This document shows positions 27,430-40,700 of a DNA stretch of 64,000 nucleotides, piece after piece. The notes beneath the pieces were generated by a model, which had not been told where the DNA came from, made no database searches, and saw only the letters and a program-made list of their open reading frames with translations. This DNA comes from Squalus acanthias (lineage: Eukaryota): contig CM059438.1 of NCBI GenBank assembly GCA_030390025.1, positions 52,764,001-52,828,000 on the forward strand, written 5' to 3'. Made by a program: the position numbers and the translations under genes. Position 1 is the first letter of the stretch. Every line of letters starts with the position of its first letter.

Positions 27430-27850
27430 GTGCGGAGAAGAGAGAGAAGTAGGAAGAGACTGGGATAGAGATGGAAAGAGATTGGAGGATAAACAAACAG
27501 GAGAAGAGGACTGATGGGGAGAGAAAGTGGTAAAATGGAAATGGGGAGAGAATGGGAGCAAGAGACTGGTGAGGGAGAGAGATTATGACAGTGAAAGAGA
27601 AATTGGATGTGACAGGGACAGAAATTGGGACTGAGGATGCAGAGATATATTAAAAGGGCATGAGAAAGATTGGGGAGAAGGATTGTGGGATTGGAGACAG
27701 AGACATGGTAAGAGAGGCAAATTGGGGGGTAGATTGGACATATTGGGAAATTGGAGAACAGTCAGAAATTGGGGAGAGAGATTGCAAGAGAGGCAAATTA
27801 GGGACATAAAGATTGAGGGGAGATAACGGAAGGAAGAGATTTGAGAACAT
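27430..27850. repeat. Purine-rich (GA) low-complexity tract
   Basis: Loose GAGAGATTGGG-like repeats. Confidence 0.7.
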
Positions 27851-29149
27851 TAGTGAGCAGGCGCCATTTTGAAATGCGTGTCTCATTACCGCAGTAAGGG
27901 CGAGCTATCAGTTCGATTCATGCTTGTAATTAGCAGCTCACCCACTTGGGGGGTTGGGAAATCCGGTGGGGCTCCTGCAACTTAAAGGCAGCCTGCACCT
28001 CTTTTCGGGGAGGTGCCATTGGTGAATGGCAGAGATTCTGTAAGCAAAATGACTGCTGCTAGAACCCCCATTCCTCCAGCAGTGCCATGGAGGTCTGGGT
28101 GGAGGAAGTGATGAGGAGGAAGGAGCTGTTATCTCCACCCTGTAGATGGGCGCAGAGTGTCCCAAGAGATCGCTCGGCAAAAGTGGGCAAAGGTAACAAA
28201 GGACGTGAATGCCTAAACTCTGATACCACGGATCAGACAGAGCTTCGAAGGTTCACAATTTTCTTAAAATCTGCACAGCCCTGCAATACTCCATTGTAGC
28301 TGAACACGATCAAGCCTTGTCACCCCTGCTTTCCATCTTTTTCCTCAAATCAATGTAACTCCTTCTGTGTCCACTTACACACAATGCACCTGCTCTTGCT
28401 GTCACAATTACTCCTCCTCACACCTGCTACTTCTTTCTCTCACCATGCAAACTATGCTAAGCTACCACAGACACCTTCACATCTGCTCAGTAGGCCACAC
28501 ACTAACACGCTCCCACTCTTCTTGCAGGACAACCTGGTGCACAACAGGAGGGAGGTATCCAGAGAACGGCACCATATATCCAAGAGCTCATGCCAATGGA
28601 GGAGGCAGCAATCGACATTAAGGGCACAAGGACAGAACAAAGAGTGGCAGATGGCGAGGCTGTAGGAAACGTCCCTGCAGGGTGATTGGCCACCTTCCTC
28701 TGCTTTTCTCTTGAGACTGAACTCTCTCTCTCACACTCAGACTGACAACTTGGTGGCTCATAGAGATGCCTCTTATCAGCCGCTGCTTTCCATTGCCACT
28801 AATTGCTCTTCTCTATCTCCCTTCTTTCCAGGTCCATCGCAACTACTGGGACTATCTGCAGTAGATGAAGAGGTAGGCAGCCCTCCTGCAAGAAGCACCA
28901 TTACTTACTCTGACCCTTGCAAGCACCAGATCAAAAACCAGCACTCCACATGAGTGAGTTTCAGGGGTTTGCACTGGATGATTCATTACACACAGGTGAA
29001 CAGGAGCGAGGGCAGGGAATAGGATGGCACAGGATACGCCTCTCTGGTGGACGAGCTCTGCTATAGAGAACACAGATGAGGACTTGCAGGGCCCAGCCTA
29101 TGACAGAAGACTGATATGTATGTAACAGCAATGGTTCGATGCATTGGAT

Positions 29150-30594
29150 TGTAGGCTTCGCAAAATTCCCCAGAAACTCGAACAGAACCCTAAAGGGAGT
29201 GATTTTTGGACCTTTCATACAAACTTGGGATGATGGGACCTAAGTGAAGTGATTTGAGGTAAAAACCTCAGTTTTGGACATGTTAAAGATCAGGGAGGAA
29301 AAACCCTGAGGAAAATGACTTTTGAATCTTAAATCTATTTGATTTCCTGCTGTTTCCAGTTCTGATGAAAGGTCTCGACCTGAAACGTTAACTCTGTTTC
29401 TCTCTCCACGACTGAGTTTTTCCAGCGTTTTCTGTTGTTATTTTGAATCTTACTGTTGGGAAAGACACCTTTCACAGACACAAGACAGGCTGCGGAGGGG
29501 CGTGGCCAGACAGTGGACAGCTTTGGGTATTGGGGCCCAGTCAAGCTGTCTGGGAATTGTTTACACTGCAATCCTACTAAGGAGGAAGAGACAAACCCAA
29601 AACCTCACACACACATCGAAATATGAATAATCCAAGACCCCTTTTGAAATTCCCAGGCCCAAACAGGATACCAGAAGCCTGAAATTAATAAAACATTTAG
29701 TACCCCGATTACTTCATCAAAAACCAATCAACCAGGTATCCACAGGGACAGATTTACAAGCCCGCCAAAAACCTAGGACAATAGGGACAAGATTTGGCAT
29801 GCAGATAAAGGCCCTGCCTAAATAGGAAACATCGGAAGCCATCAGGACATGTTTAACACCAAGTTAAAGCCATCGAAACTAACAAGCCCGCCAAAACTAA
29901 GACAATGGAATAAACAGGGCTCAATTGAAATCTAAAGGAAACCGATTTAGTAAGGGGTTTTGGGCGCGAAAAGGACAAAGGGCCTGAACAGTATAATTGG
30001 GGGCCTAATCCCCCAAGACACTCTCTCTGGACTCTCTGACAAAGCTCTCAACGCTCGCACAGCTCTCTCTCTCTCAGCTCTGTTCCAGAAAGACACCACA
30101 AGCCACGAGCAGGAGGAGAAAAGAAGGCCAACAACTTCACCAGCAGACCAACACGCAAGAAGAAACCAGAGCGACTGCCTCAGTGACCATCGGACACCTC
30201 GCGGCAACAAGGGCCTTATGAAACCTTTTACTCAAAAGACTCTAAACCCTAACTCTCAACTGTCAAGGATTCGTTTGATGAGCATTATCCCTGGTTCTCC
30301 AGAGTCCAACCTAGCTAGTGAACTGGGATTGGGAGGGGTGAAGTATTCTTCTAATGTTATTTCCCTCGCCTGTACCGCGTGTTCCCCAACCTGTGTTTAA
30401 GTATTAAGTGTGTTTTAAGTTTGTTACCTTTTTCTTTTAATAAAGTCAAAATTCTTTCATCAGAACCTGTTGTCTACTGCATCTTTGTTCACAACCCCTA
30501 AATAAGTCCAAAGTCTAGAACCAGGGGCGTGGGAGCGATTCGAACCGCTCACTGAGCCAGAGGTGAAGGCTGACCCCACACACCACCCCCTACA
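29150..30594 (+). mobile_element. Long solo LTR (about 1.44 kb including a nested insert)
   Basis: TGTAGG...CCTACA termini; perfect TSD GGAT; AATAAA near 30439. Confidence 0.88.
29332..29440 (+). mobile_element. Short Penelope-derived insert with hammerhead motif
   Basis: AGTT-CTGATGA-A-AGGT ctcg ACCT-GAAA-CGTT-AACT; 12-bp TSD TTTTGAATCTTA. Confidence 0.75.
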
Positions 30595-30699
30595 GGATGG
30601 CCTGCCAGGGAGTCTCTGCGGAATGGAGGAATCCCTTTCCAACTTGTGCAGGGTCATTGCGCATGACATTGAGATAACGTAGTCAACCATGGAGCATAT

Positions 30700-31061
30700 T
30701 CAATGAATATACATTCCATTGATAAATAAAAACTCTATGGGAAAAGTGATCAATCCGTGGCTAACTAAAGAAGTTAAGGATAGTATTAGACTAAAAGAAG
30801 AGGCTTATAATGTTGCAAAGAATAGTAGTAAGCCTAAGGATTGGGAGAGCTTTAGCAAAGGATGACCACAAAATTAATAAAAAGGGAGCAAATAGAATGA
30901 GAGTAAACTAGCAAGAAATATAAAACCAGATTGTAAGAGCTTCTACAAGTATGTAAAAAGGAAGAGAGCAGCAAAAGTAACCATTGGTCCTTTAGAGGCT
31001 GAGATAGGAGAAATTATAATGGGGAAAAAAGGAAATAGCAGAGACTTTAAACAAATATTTT
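30700..31061 (+). mobile_element. CR1 ORF2 left part (continues at 41499)
   Basis: Ends AACAAATATTTT; resumes TTTGTATCTGTCTTCAC. Confidence 0.8.
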
Positions 31062-31171
31062 GGGCTAGAAATTCATTACAGGCAAGGAATGGGCGGTGTC
31101 AGTAGAAAAGTTGGAGAATTAGTGCCAGGTGCTAATGCTTTAGACTGCACGCAAATTCATGCTCACTGCTT

Positions 31172-31603
31172 GGGCAACACGGTGGCATAGTGGTTAGCAC
31201 TGGTGCTTCACAGCGCCAGGGACCCGGGTTCGAATCTGACCTCGGGTGACTGTCTGTGTGGAGTTTGCACATTCTCCCCGTGTCTGCGTGGGTTTCCTCC
31301 GGGTGCTCCGGTTTCCTCCCACAGTCCAAAAATGTGCGGGTTAGGTTGATTTGGCTATGATAAATTGACCCTTAGTGTTAGGGGGGGATTAAATATGTGG
31401 GGTTATGGGGATAGGATGGGATATGTTAGGGGGACTTAAATACGTGGGGTGGGTGGGATAGGTGCAGGCTCGATGTGGGGATTCTGTGTGAGAAAGCAGG
31501 GACAGGGTACTGGATTTGGATGATCAGCCATGATCGTATTGAATGGTGGAGCAGGCTCGACGGGCCGAATGGCCTACTCCTGCTCCTAGTTTCTATGTTT
31601 CTA
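31172..31603 (+). mobile_element. HE1-like V-SINE joined to a CR1 3' end
   Basis: A box TGGCATAGTGG; B box GGTTCGAATC; V domain 'GTGTGGAGTTTGCACATTCTCCCCGTGTCTGCGTGGGTTTCC'; CR1 tail. Confidence 0.88.
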
Positions 31604-32697
31604 ATTCAAGTCTTAAAGGGTGGACCAATATAAGGTGCAGTCTAATCGCAAGTCATGAATGCCACAGGCATTTTTCAGTACTTAAAGGGCAGGTTCATTG
31701 ATGCTGCAGCACCTCATTCTCAGCATTGCTGGCTGTGCAGCTGCCTCAGCAAGCAGAAGCAGAAGCAGGACAAGGAGCCGAAGGACTGAACCAGGTGTGC
31801 TCCTGGCAGATCCACGCCCCAGGGAGAGAGCCCACAGATTCTCCAAAGAAGCATTGGAGGCATTGGTTTTCACTGTGGCGAGATGGAGGGCTGTGCTCTA
31901 CCCGACAAGTGGCAGGAGGCCCTCGCCACAAGTCTTCCTCACCATGTGCAGGGAGGTAGCGCAGCACGTCTCGGGTAGCACTGTGGTCCCCAGAACCCAC
32001 AAACAGTGCAGAAGAAATTTAATGACCTCACTCAGGTGGTCAGGGTGAGTGAATGCTTCAACAAATGCTACATACCACAGTCTTCACACACTGCCCAAAG
32101 CACCACACCCCCAGCACTCACCCACCAACAATCTCTACCTAACAACACTCACACCCACATCTCACACCTTGAACACAATGACAGCTATTCAACTATGGCA
32201 GGCACATCACCCAAACACATTGCTCCACACTCACTCACACACTTTCCTTTCTCTTGCAGGCCAAGGTGGCTCACAACAGGAGTGAGCAGGAGCGCACAGG
32301 CGGGGGGACAAGCCGACACCCAACCACTGTCTGCGTTGGAGAATAGAGAGCAGCAGATTATTGGGCACCAGGTGGTGGGCGCCATGGCCACCAGCGACGT
32401 TAACTCCCTTGGGGACTACAACGGTATGTTCATCCCTACTGCTTCTTCTCACATCCCACTTGCCCCTCACCCCACAAGCATTTCGCTCTTTCCAGCTAAT
32501 CATGCTGTATGCATGCATTTCTCCCTTCCTGCCCTCACCTTAACCTGACTCTTGTGCCATTATAAATTCAGATAATCAGCAAGCACCGGAGCAGCCTGTC
32601 CCTGAGGGAACGTAGAGAGCGAGGCGGGAGATGAGAAGGAGGAAAAACACACCACATCACTGCGTCTCTCACCCGCAGACACCAGCTCAGATACATT

Positions 32698-33057
32698 GAA
32701 TCATAGAATCATAGAAAGTTACAGCACGGAAGGAGGCCATTTCGGCCCATCGTGTCCACGCCGGCCAACAAAGAGCTATCCAGCCTAATCCCACTTCCCA
32801 GCCCTGCAGGTTACAGCATCCCAAGTGCACATCCAAGTACTTTTTAAATGTGGTTAGGGTTTCTGCCTCTACCACCATTTCAGGCAGTGAGTTCCAGACC
32901 CCCACAACCCTCTGGGTGAAGAAATTTCCCCTCAAATCTCCTCCAAACCTTCCCCCAATTACTTTAAATCTGTGCCCCCTGGTTTTTGACCCCTCTGCTA
33001 AGGGAAATAGGTCCTTTCTATCCACTTTACCTATGCCCCTCATAATTTTATACACCT
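32698..33057 (-). mobile_element. CR1 3' fragment with (TTCTATGA)n tail
   Basis: 'YKIMRG...RGHRFK...WNSLP'. Confidence 0.85.
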
Positions 33058-33735
33058 CACTGAGACAACGTATGAACGAGCACCACGCAACAATCGCCAG
33101 GCAGGATTGTTACCTCCCAGTCGGGGAACACTTCAGCAGTCAAGGACATTCAGCCTCGGATCTGCGGGTAAGCATTCTCCAAGGCAACCTTAGGAACACA
33201 CGACAACGCAAAATCATTGAGCAGAAACTGATAGCCAAGTTCCGCACTCATGAAGACGGTCTCAACCGGGATATTGGGTTTATGTCACGATACATGACGT
33301 GATCCGGACTCGAGTCGTCGTTGGCTTGTTCACAGATGTGATTCCCAGTAAAAAAGTAAAAATTTTCCCAGTAAAAAAGTAAAATTTTTAAAGCTTATTG
33401 TTTTACATACAGACGGCAGCTTTTGACACGTTAGACCCCCTGCGACTCCACCTCATTGTCTCAGTTGTATCTTGCTATGTCTTTGATGTGGTACCTTCCT
33501 GGCTGACCTGATTAACTTTATCACACCTCGGCAGATAGTCAGGATGATTTAATTTAGTTGTCTGCAATTGTAAGGTACACATGCATTGTTCTCTATCTAT
33601 ATATGCTTTGGCAATTCTGTATCTTTTTACTTCACCCGACGAAGGAGTAGTAAGCTCCGAAAGCTTGTGATTTCAAATAAAACTGTTGGACTATAACCTG
33701 GTGTTGTGCGACCTCTCAATTTTGACCACACCTGA
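33058..33735 (+). mobile_element. Penelope 3' fragment: GIY-YIG end plus pseudo-LTR
   Basis: 'LRQRMNEH...VGEHF...GLNRD'; hammerhead with mutated core CCGACGA at 33636. Confidence 0.85.
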
Positions 33736-35160
33736 AGCCAGAGAGGATTGAAAAATGATGGTCAGGGCCTCTGCTATTTCCTCTTTTGCTTCGCTTAACA
33801 GCCTGGGATACATTTAATCCTGGCACTACATGTTCTTTAGAGGCTAGTATAGTAGTGGGATCTGCACAGGGTGAGGCACCGGGGACGAGTGGGCTGCAGC
33901 AAGGCCAGGGGGCAAGGGGGCCAGCTGCCCGGAGGGCGAGTTCGCTCGCGAGTTCTGCTGCACAGGACTCAGATGTGGACCTCGATGGGGAGGCATTTAG
34001 AAGAAGGGTGGTGGGCATGCACACGGAGATGATAGGTGCAATGGCAAGGGTGCTTGAGAGCCTCTCGGCAATGTTAAGGAGCGTGGAGGAGTCTGCCTCT
34101 AACATTGCACAGAGCTCTGTGCACACCATGGAGCCCAGCATTTCCAGTCAGCAAAGGATGGTAGACTCCCAGAGAGACCGTGGTGACCCAGACCTGATGC
34201 CGCATGTGTTGGGCGATCTGGCAGCTTCCATTGCAGCACAGGCGGAAGCGACGCAATGTCTTAGTGCTATAATGGAGTCTATGCTTGGTGGCATCCAATC
34301 TCACACTCCTCTCATGCAGTCTCAGCTTGATGCCACGCAAGCTCTGACTGCTGCCATCATGGCTGGGTCTACCACTGTCAACCAGGGCTTTCATGGCATC
34401 GCAGCAGACCAGCAATCTATGCTCCATCAGATTGCTAGGGATGCTGAGGTGCTGCCCCAGGAGAGTGGCAGTGGGTCAGTGGAGCAGGAACTTGCTGTCC
34501 TCTCTCAGGATGACAGCATTCCTCCTCCCATCACTGCCATCCGCCATTGCCCTTGTCGCTGCCCGTCATCCAGCCAGCCCAGACTGCTGCCGCCCAACTG
34601 AGGTGGTGCAGTCTACAGCCGGGTCTTCCAGGCCCAGAGCTGGTCGAGGGCGTCCTGCAAGGCCATCTGAAGTCTCCCGCATGGACAATCAGCAGCCCTC
34701 CACCAGCCCTGTTGCAGTCACTGGGCCAACACTTCATAGGAGCACTGGAGTAGGCAAAGGCACAGTAACAGAGGCGTACTAAGGGATTGCACAAGGGTGA
34801 ATAGTTAATATTTTTGGTGTAAATATGTGTTCACTGATTTTTGATAAATTTATTTATTCACTTACCATTCTTTTGTGGTGTGTCTCATTTCAGCTTTGCG
34901 GTGTGATACGGCCTACGAAAGGGATGGAATGACGGGGACGTGGTGAGCAATGGGGATCTGGGCTTTAGGTCATCCTGGTGCGAGGCTGGAGATCTGTGTG
35001 GAGGAGGTGGCAGAGTTCTGTGACCACCTCCTTAGTGAGGCGGAGCCGTCTAATACACTGCTCCTCGCTTCATTGAAAGTAGGAGAAGTGCTCTCGGAAT
35101 ATCCTCGGAGGGTAAGGCCTCCTGGTGAGAGCCCTGATGTCCCTCCTCATCTCTCTGCGC

Positions 35161-37595
35161 ACATAAGAACATAAGAAATAGGAGCAGGAATAGGCCACTT
35201 GGCCCCTCGAGCCTGCTCCGCCATTCAATAAGATCATGGCTGATCTTGGGCTCAAAGCCACTTCCCCGCCCGCTCCCCATAACCCTTCACTCCCTTATCT
35301 CGCAAAAATTTGTCTATCTCCACCTTAAACGTATTTAATGACCCAGCCTCCACAGCTCTCTGGGGCAGAGAATTCCACAGATTTACGACCCTCTGAGAGA
35401 AGAAATTCCTCCTCATCTCAGTTCTAAAACGGTGACCCTTTATTCTGAAACTGTGCCCCCGAGTTCTAGATTTCCCCACGAAGGGAAACATCCTCTCTGC
35501 ATCTACCTTGTCGAGCCCTCCTCAGTATCTTATGTTTCAATAAGATCACCTCTCATTCTTCTAAATTCCAATGAGTATAGGCCCAACCTGCTCAACCTTT
35601 CTTCATAATTCAACCCCTTCATCTCTGGAATTAACCTAGTGAATCGTCTCTGAACTGCCTCCAATGCAAGTATATCCTTCCTTAAATAAGGAAACCAAAA
35701 CTGTACGCAGTACTCAAGGTGTGGTCTCACCAATACACTGCACAGTTGTAGCAGAACTTCCCTGCTTTTATACTCCAACCCCCTTGCAATAAAGGCCAAC
35801 ATTTCATTTGCCTTTTTGATTACTTGCTGTACCTGCATGCTAACTTTTTGTGTTTCATGCACAAGGACCCCCATGAACTGTAGCATTTTGTAATCTCTCT
35901 CCATTTAAATAATAATTTGCTTTTTTATTTTTCCTGCCAAAGTGTATAACCTCACACTTTCCCACATTATACTCCATCTGCCAAATGTTTGCCCACTCAC
36001 TTAGCCTGTCTATATCCCTTTGCAGATTCTTTGGGCAGAATTTTCATTGACCCGTGGAGGCGGGTTTGGAGGCGTGTGGGGTGGGAAAATAGCAGATTCG
36101 GGGGTCCCGACCCCATCCCGCCCCCAACCCGCCTCCATGCCAGTTTCGCTGGAGGCGGGTACCTGACCTGTGCTGGGAGCCGCCTCCCCGAGGTGGGAAG
36201 GGGATTAGTGACAATTAACTGCCTGTTAACAGGTAGTCAACAGGCAGTTTGTTGCCTAATCCCTATTTTTAGCCCTGAAGTGTGGGCTACCCGACGGCTC
36301 CAAACCACGCCGTTTTAGCGAGGCGGATCCTGGGTCTGCAGGGGTTGGAGGGGTTGATATGTCCGGTGGGCAGGTGAGTGATGGGTGCATGTGTGCAGAG
36401 GTAAGTGTGTAAGGTAAGTGTAAAGTGTGGAAAAAAGTTTTACTTACCTTAACTTCCTCCTGCAGGTGTCAGCCCTTCAGTTCTCGGGAGTCAGAAATCT
36501 CACCGGCACAGAAAGCAGAATGGCCGTGGAGCTGTCAAAAGCTGCAGTCTCTGCTCTCTGTGCTGGATTGATTTCTAACTCAGTCTAAGTACAGGGACTC
36601 ACGTTAGAAATCATATTGTCAGTGTTTGACAGCTTCACAGAGCTGTCAAACGCTGAAATTTCATCTGTCAAAAGCTCTTGACAGATGAAATTTCAATGGC
36701 TGACGTCACCTGTATCCAAGGGACCCTTGATTGGCCTGCTAAGCCCGCTGGGCGGGCTTAACAAGGTCAATCAAGGGAAAATACAGTGGGTTGGCCACAA
36801 GTCAATGGAGGCGGGACTACAACCCAAAAAGTGAGAGTCCCGCCTCCATCACGTCCCCATTGACAAAATCCAGCCCATTGAGTCCTCTGCACAACTTGCT
36901 TTCCCACCCATCTTTGTATCATCCGCAAACTTGGCTACATTACACTCAGTCCCTTCATCCAATTCATTAATGTAGATTGTAAATAGTTGAGGCCCCAGCA
37001 CTGATCCCTATGGCACCCCACCAATTATCGTTTGCCAACCGGAAAATGACCCATTTATCCCGACTCTCTGCTTTCTGTTAGTTAGCCAATTCTCTATCCA
37101 TGCTAATATATTACCCCCAACCCCATGAGCTCTTATCTTGTGCAGTAACCTTTTATGTGGCACCTTATCGAATGCCTTCTGGAAATCCAAATACACCACA
37201 TTCACTGGCTCACCTTTGTCCACCCTGCTCATTACATCCTCAAAGAACTCCAACAAATTTGTTAAACATGATTTCCCTTTCATAAAACCATGCTGACTCT
37301 GCTTGACTGCATTATGATTTTCCAAATCCCCTGCTACTGCTTCCTTAATGAAGGACTCCAGCATTTTCCCAACGACAGATGTTAGGCTAACTGGTCTATA
37401 GTTTCCTGCTTTCTGTCTCCCTCCTTTCTTAAATAGGGGTGTTACATTTGTGGTTTTCCAATCCGCTGGGACCTCTCGAGAGTCCAGGGAATTTTGGTAT
37501 ATTGCAACCAATGCATCCACTATCTCTGCAGCCACTTCTTTTAAGACCCTGGGATGCAAGCCATCTGGTCCAGGGGACTTGACGTCTTTTAGTCC
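35161..37595 (-). mobile_element. 5'-truncated CR1, split by a MITE
   Basis: RT ORF 37008-37598; (TTCTTATG)n tail at 35161. Confidence 0.9.
36033..36876. mobile_element. Harbinger-type MITE
   Basis: TIR GGGCAGAATTTT / AAAATCCAGCCC; flanks TTT/ATT. Confidence 0.8.
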
Positions 37596-37718
37596 CATGT
37601 TCCCGTATTTCTCGCTGCCTACGCTCCTTCCACCGTAGATCCTGGAGGGCGAGGTCGACTGCCAGTATAGCCCCCATTAATGTTACCAAGTGTAACAGTT
37701 TGATTCTTTGAAGAATAA

Positions 37719-40700
37719 GGGTAGCGTAGTGGTAATGTCACTGGGTTAGTAATTGAGAGGCCTGGACTAATGATCCAGAGACGTGAATTCAAATCCCACC
37801 ATGGCAGCTGGGGAATTTAAATTCAGTTCATTAAATAAATCTGGAATAAAAAGTTAGTAATGGTAACCATGAAACTATTGGATTGTTGTTAAAAACCCAT
37901 CTGGCTCACTAGTGTCCTTTAGGGAAGGAAATCTGCTGGTCTGGCCTATATGTGACTCCAGACCCAAGCAATGTGGTTGACTCTTAACTGCCTGCTGAAA
38001 TAGCCTAGCAAGCCACTCAGTTGTAACAAACTGCTATGAAACACAATAAGAAAGAAACCGGACAGACCACCTGGCATCGACCTCGGCTACGGACACGACA
38101 ACACACCCAGCCCAATCAACCTTGCAAAGTCTTCTTCACCAACATCTGGGGACTTGTGCCAAAATTGGGAGAGCTGTCCCACAAACTAGTCAAGCAACAG
38201 CCTGACATAGTCATGCTCACAGAATCATACCTTTCAGCCAATGTCCCAAACTCCTCCATCACCATCCCTGGGTATGGCCTGCCCCACTGGCAGGACAGAC
38301 CCACCAGGGCTGGTGGCACAGGAAGGAGTGGCCCTGGGAGTCCTCAACATTGACTCCGGACCCCATGAAATCTCATGGCTTCAGGTCAAGCATAGGCAAG
38401 GAAACCACATGCTGATCACCCTCTATCAGCTGATGAAACAGTACTACTCCATGTTGAACACCACTTGAAAGAAGCACTGAGGGGGAAGGGCACAGAATGT
38501 ACTCTGGGTGGGGGACTTCAATGTCCATCACCCAAGTGTGACTCGGCAGCAGCACTACTGGCCGAGTCCTGAAGGACATAGCTGCCAGTCTGGGCCTGCG
38601 ATAGGTGGTGAGAGAACCAACACGAGGGAAGCACCTACTTGACATCGTCCTTACCTGTTGCAGATGCATCTGTCCATGACAGTATTGGTAGCAGTGATCA
38701 GCACACAGTCATTGCAGAGAAGAAGTCCCTTCTTCACACTGAGGACACCCTCCATCGTGTTATGTGGCACGACCACCGTGCTAAATGGGATAGATGCCGC
38801 TCAAAACTGGGCATCCATGAGGTGCTGTGGGGCAGCAGCAGAATTGTATTCCACCACATGGCCTGGCATATCCCTCACTATACCATTATCATCAAGCCAG
38901 GGGACCAACACAGGACTACATGCATGCTAAAAAGTGGAAGCAGCATGCTATAGACAAGGCTAAGCGATCCCACAATCAACGGATCAGGTCAAAGCTCTGC
39001 AGTCCTGCCACATCCAATCGTGAATGGTGGTGGACCATTAAACAACTAACGGGAGGAGGAGGCTCCATGAATATCCCCATCCTCAATGATGGTGGAGCCC
39101 AGCACGTGAGTGCAAAAGACAAGGCTGAAGCGTTTGCAGCCAGAAGTGCCGAATGGATGATCCATATCGGCCTCCTCCTGAGGTCCCCACCATCACAGAA
39201 GCCAGTCTTCAGCCAATTCGATTCACTCCACATGATATCAAGAAATGGCTGAGCGCACTGGATACAGCAAAGGCTATGGGCCCCGACAACATCCCGGCTA
39301 TCGTGCTGAAGACTTGTGCTCCAGAACTAGCTGCACCTCGAGCCAAGCTGTTCCAGTACAGCTACAACACTGGCATCTATTCGACAATGTGGAAAACTGC
39401 CCAGGTGTGTCATGTCCACAAAAAGCAGGACAAATCCAACCCGGCCAATTACCGCCCCATCAGTCTACTCTCAATCATCAGCAAAGTGATGGAAGGTGTC
39501 CTCGACAGTGCTATCAAGCGGCACTTACTCACCAATAACCTGCTCACTGATGCCCAGTTTGGGCTCCGCCAGGAACACTTGGCTCCAGACCTCATTACAG
39601 CCTTGGTCCAAACATGGACAAAGGAGCTGAATTCCAGAGGTGAGGTGAGAGTGACTGCCCTGGACATCAAGGCAGCATTTGACTGAGTGTGGCATCAAGG
39701 AGCCCTAGTAAAACTGAAGTCAATGGGAATCAGGGGTAAAATGCTCCACTGGCTGGAGTCATACCTAGCACAAAGGAAGATGGTTGTGGTGATTGAAGGT
39801 TAATCATCACAGCCCCAGGACATCGCTGCAGGAGTTCCTCAAGGCAGTGTCCTAGCATCAACCATCTTCAGCTGCTTCATCAATGACTTTCCCTCCAATA
39901 TAAGGTCAGAAATGGGGATGTTCGCTGATGACTGCACAGTGTTCAGCACCATTCACAACTCCTCAGATAATGAAGCAGTCCATGCCCACATGCAACAAGA
40001 CCTGGACGATGTTCAGTCTTTGGCTGATAAGTGGCAGGTAACATTCGCGCCACACAAGTGCCAGGCAATGACTATCTCCAACAAGCGAGAGTCTAACCAC
40101 CTCCCCTTGACATTCATCGGTATTACCATTGCCGAATCCCCCACTATCAACATCCTGGGGGCCACCATTGACCAGAAACTTAACTGGACCAGCCACATAA
40201 ATACTGTGGCAACAAGAGCAGGTCAGAGTCTAGGTATTCTGCAGCGAGTGTCTCACCTCCTGACTCCCCAAAGCCTTTCCACCATCTACAAGGCACAAGT
40301 AAGGAGTGTGATGGAATACTCTCCACTTGCCTGGATGAGTGCAGCTCCAACAACACTCAAGAAGCTCGACACCATCCAGGACAAAGCAGCCCGCTTGATT
40401 GGCACCCCATCCACCATCTTAAACATTCACTCCCTCCACCACTGACATACTGTGGCTGCAGTGTGTACCATCTACAAGATGCACTGCAGCAACTCGCCAA
40501 GGCTTCTTCAGCAGCACCTCCCAAACCCGCGACCTCTACCACCTAGGAACAGAAGGGCAGCAGGTGCATGGGAACACCACCACCTCCAAGTTCCCCTCCA
40601 AGTCACACATCATCCTGACTTAGAAGTATATTGCCGATCCTTCATCGTCGCTGGGTCAAAATCCTTGAACTCCCTCCCTAACAGCACTGTTGGAGTATCT

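Larger units (their letters stand above)
27990..30690 (+). pseudogene. Decayed Harbinger Myb/SANT accessory gene, split by a solo LTR
   Basis: 'EVWVEEVMRRKELL'; acceptor ttgcag|GACAACCTGGTGCACAACAGG parallels the copy at 32260; sequence resumes after 30594. Confidence 0.65.
31815..34780 (+). pseudogene. Spliced Harbinger Myb/SANT DNA-binding gene
   Basis: 'RAHRFSKEALEALV...KQCR/KKFNDL'; donor 32045, acceptor 32259, 'AKVAHNRSEQERTGGG'; long last-exon ORF 33786-34601. Confidence 0.75.
34950..37690 (-). pseudogene. Harbinger transposase N-terminus, split by a CR1 (pieces 37596-37690 and 34950-35160)
   Basis: 'MGAILAVDL...' then 'RRPYPPRIFREHFSYFQ*SEEQCIRRLRLTKEVVTELCHLL'. Confidence 0.75.

Noticed and set aside
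37719..37805. tRNA gene
   Set aside because: Duplicated arm and no proper acceptor stem or terminator; it is a retroposon head. The head at 31172 is likewise SINE-derived.
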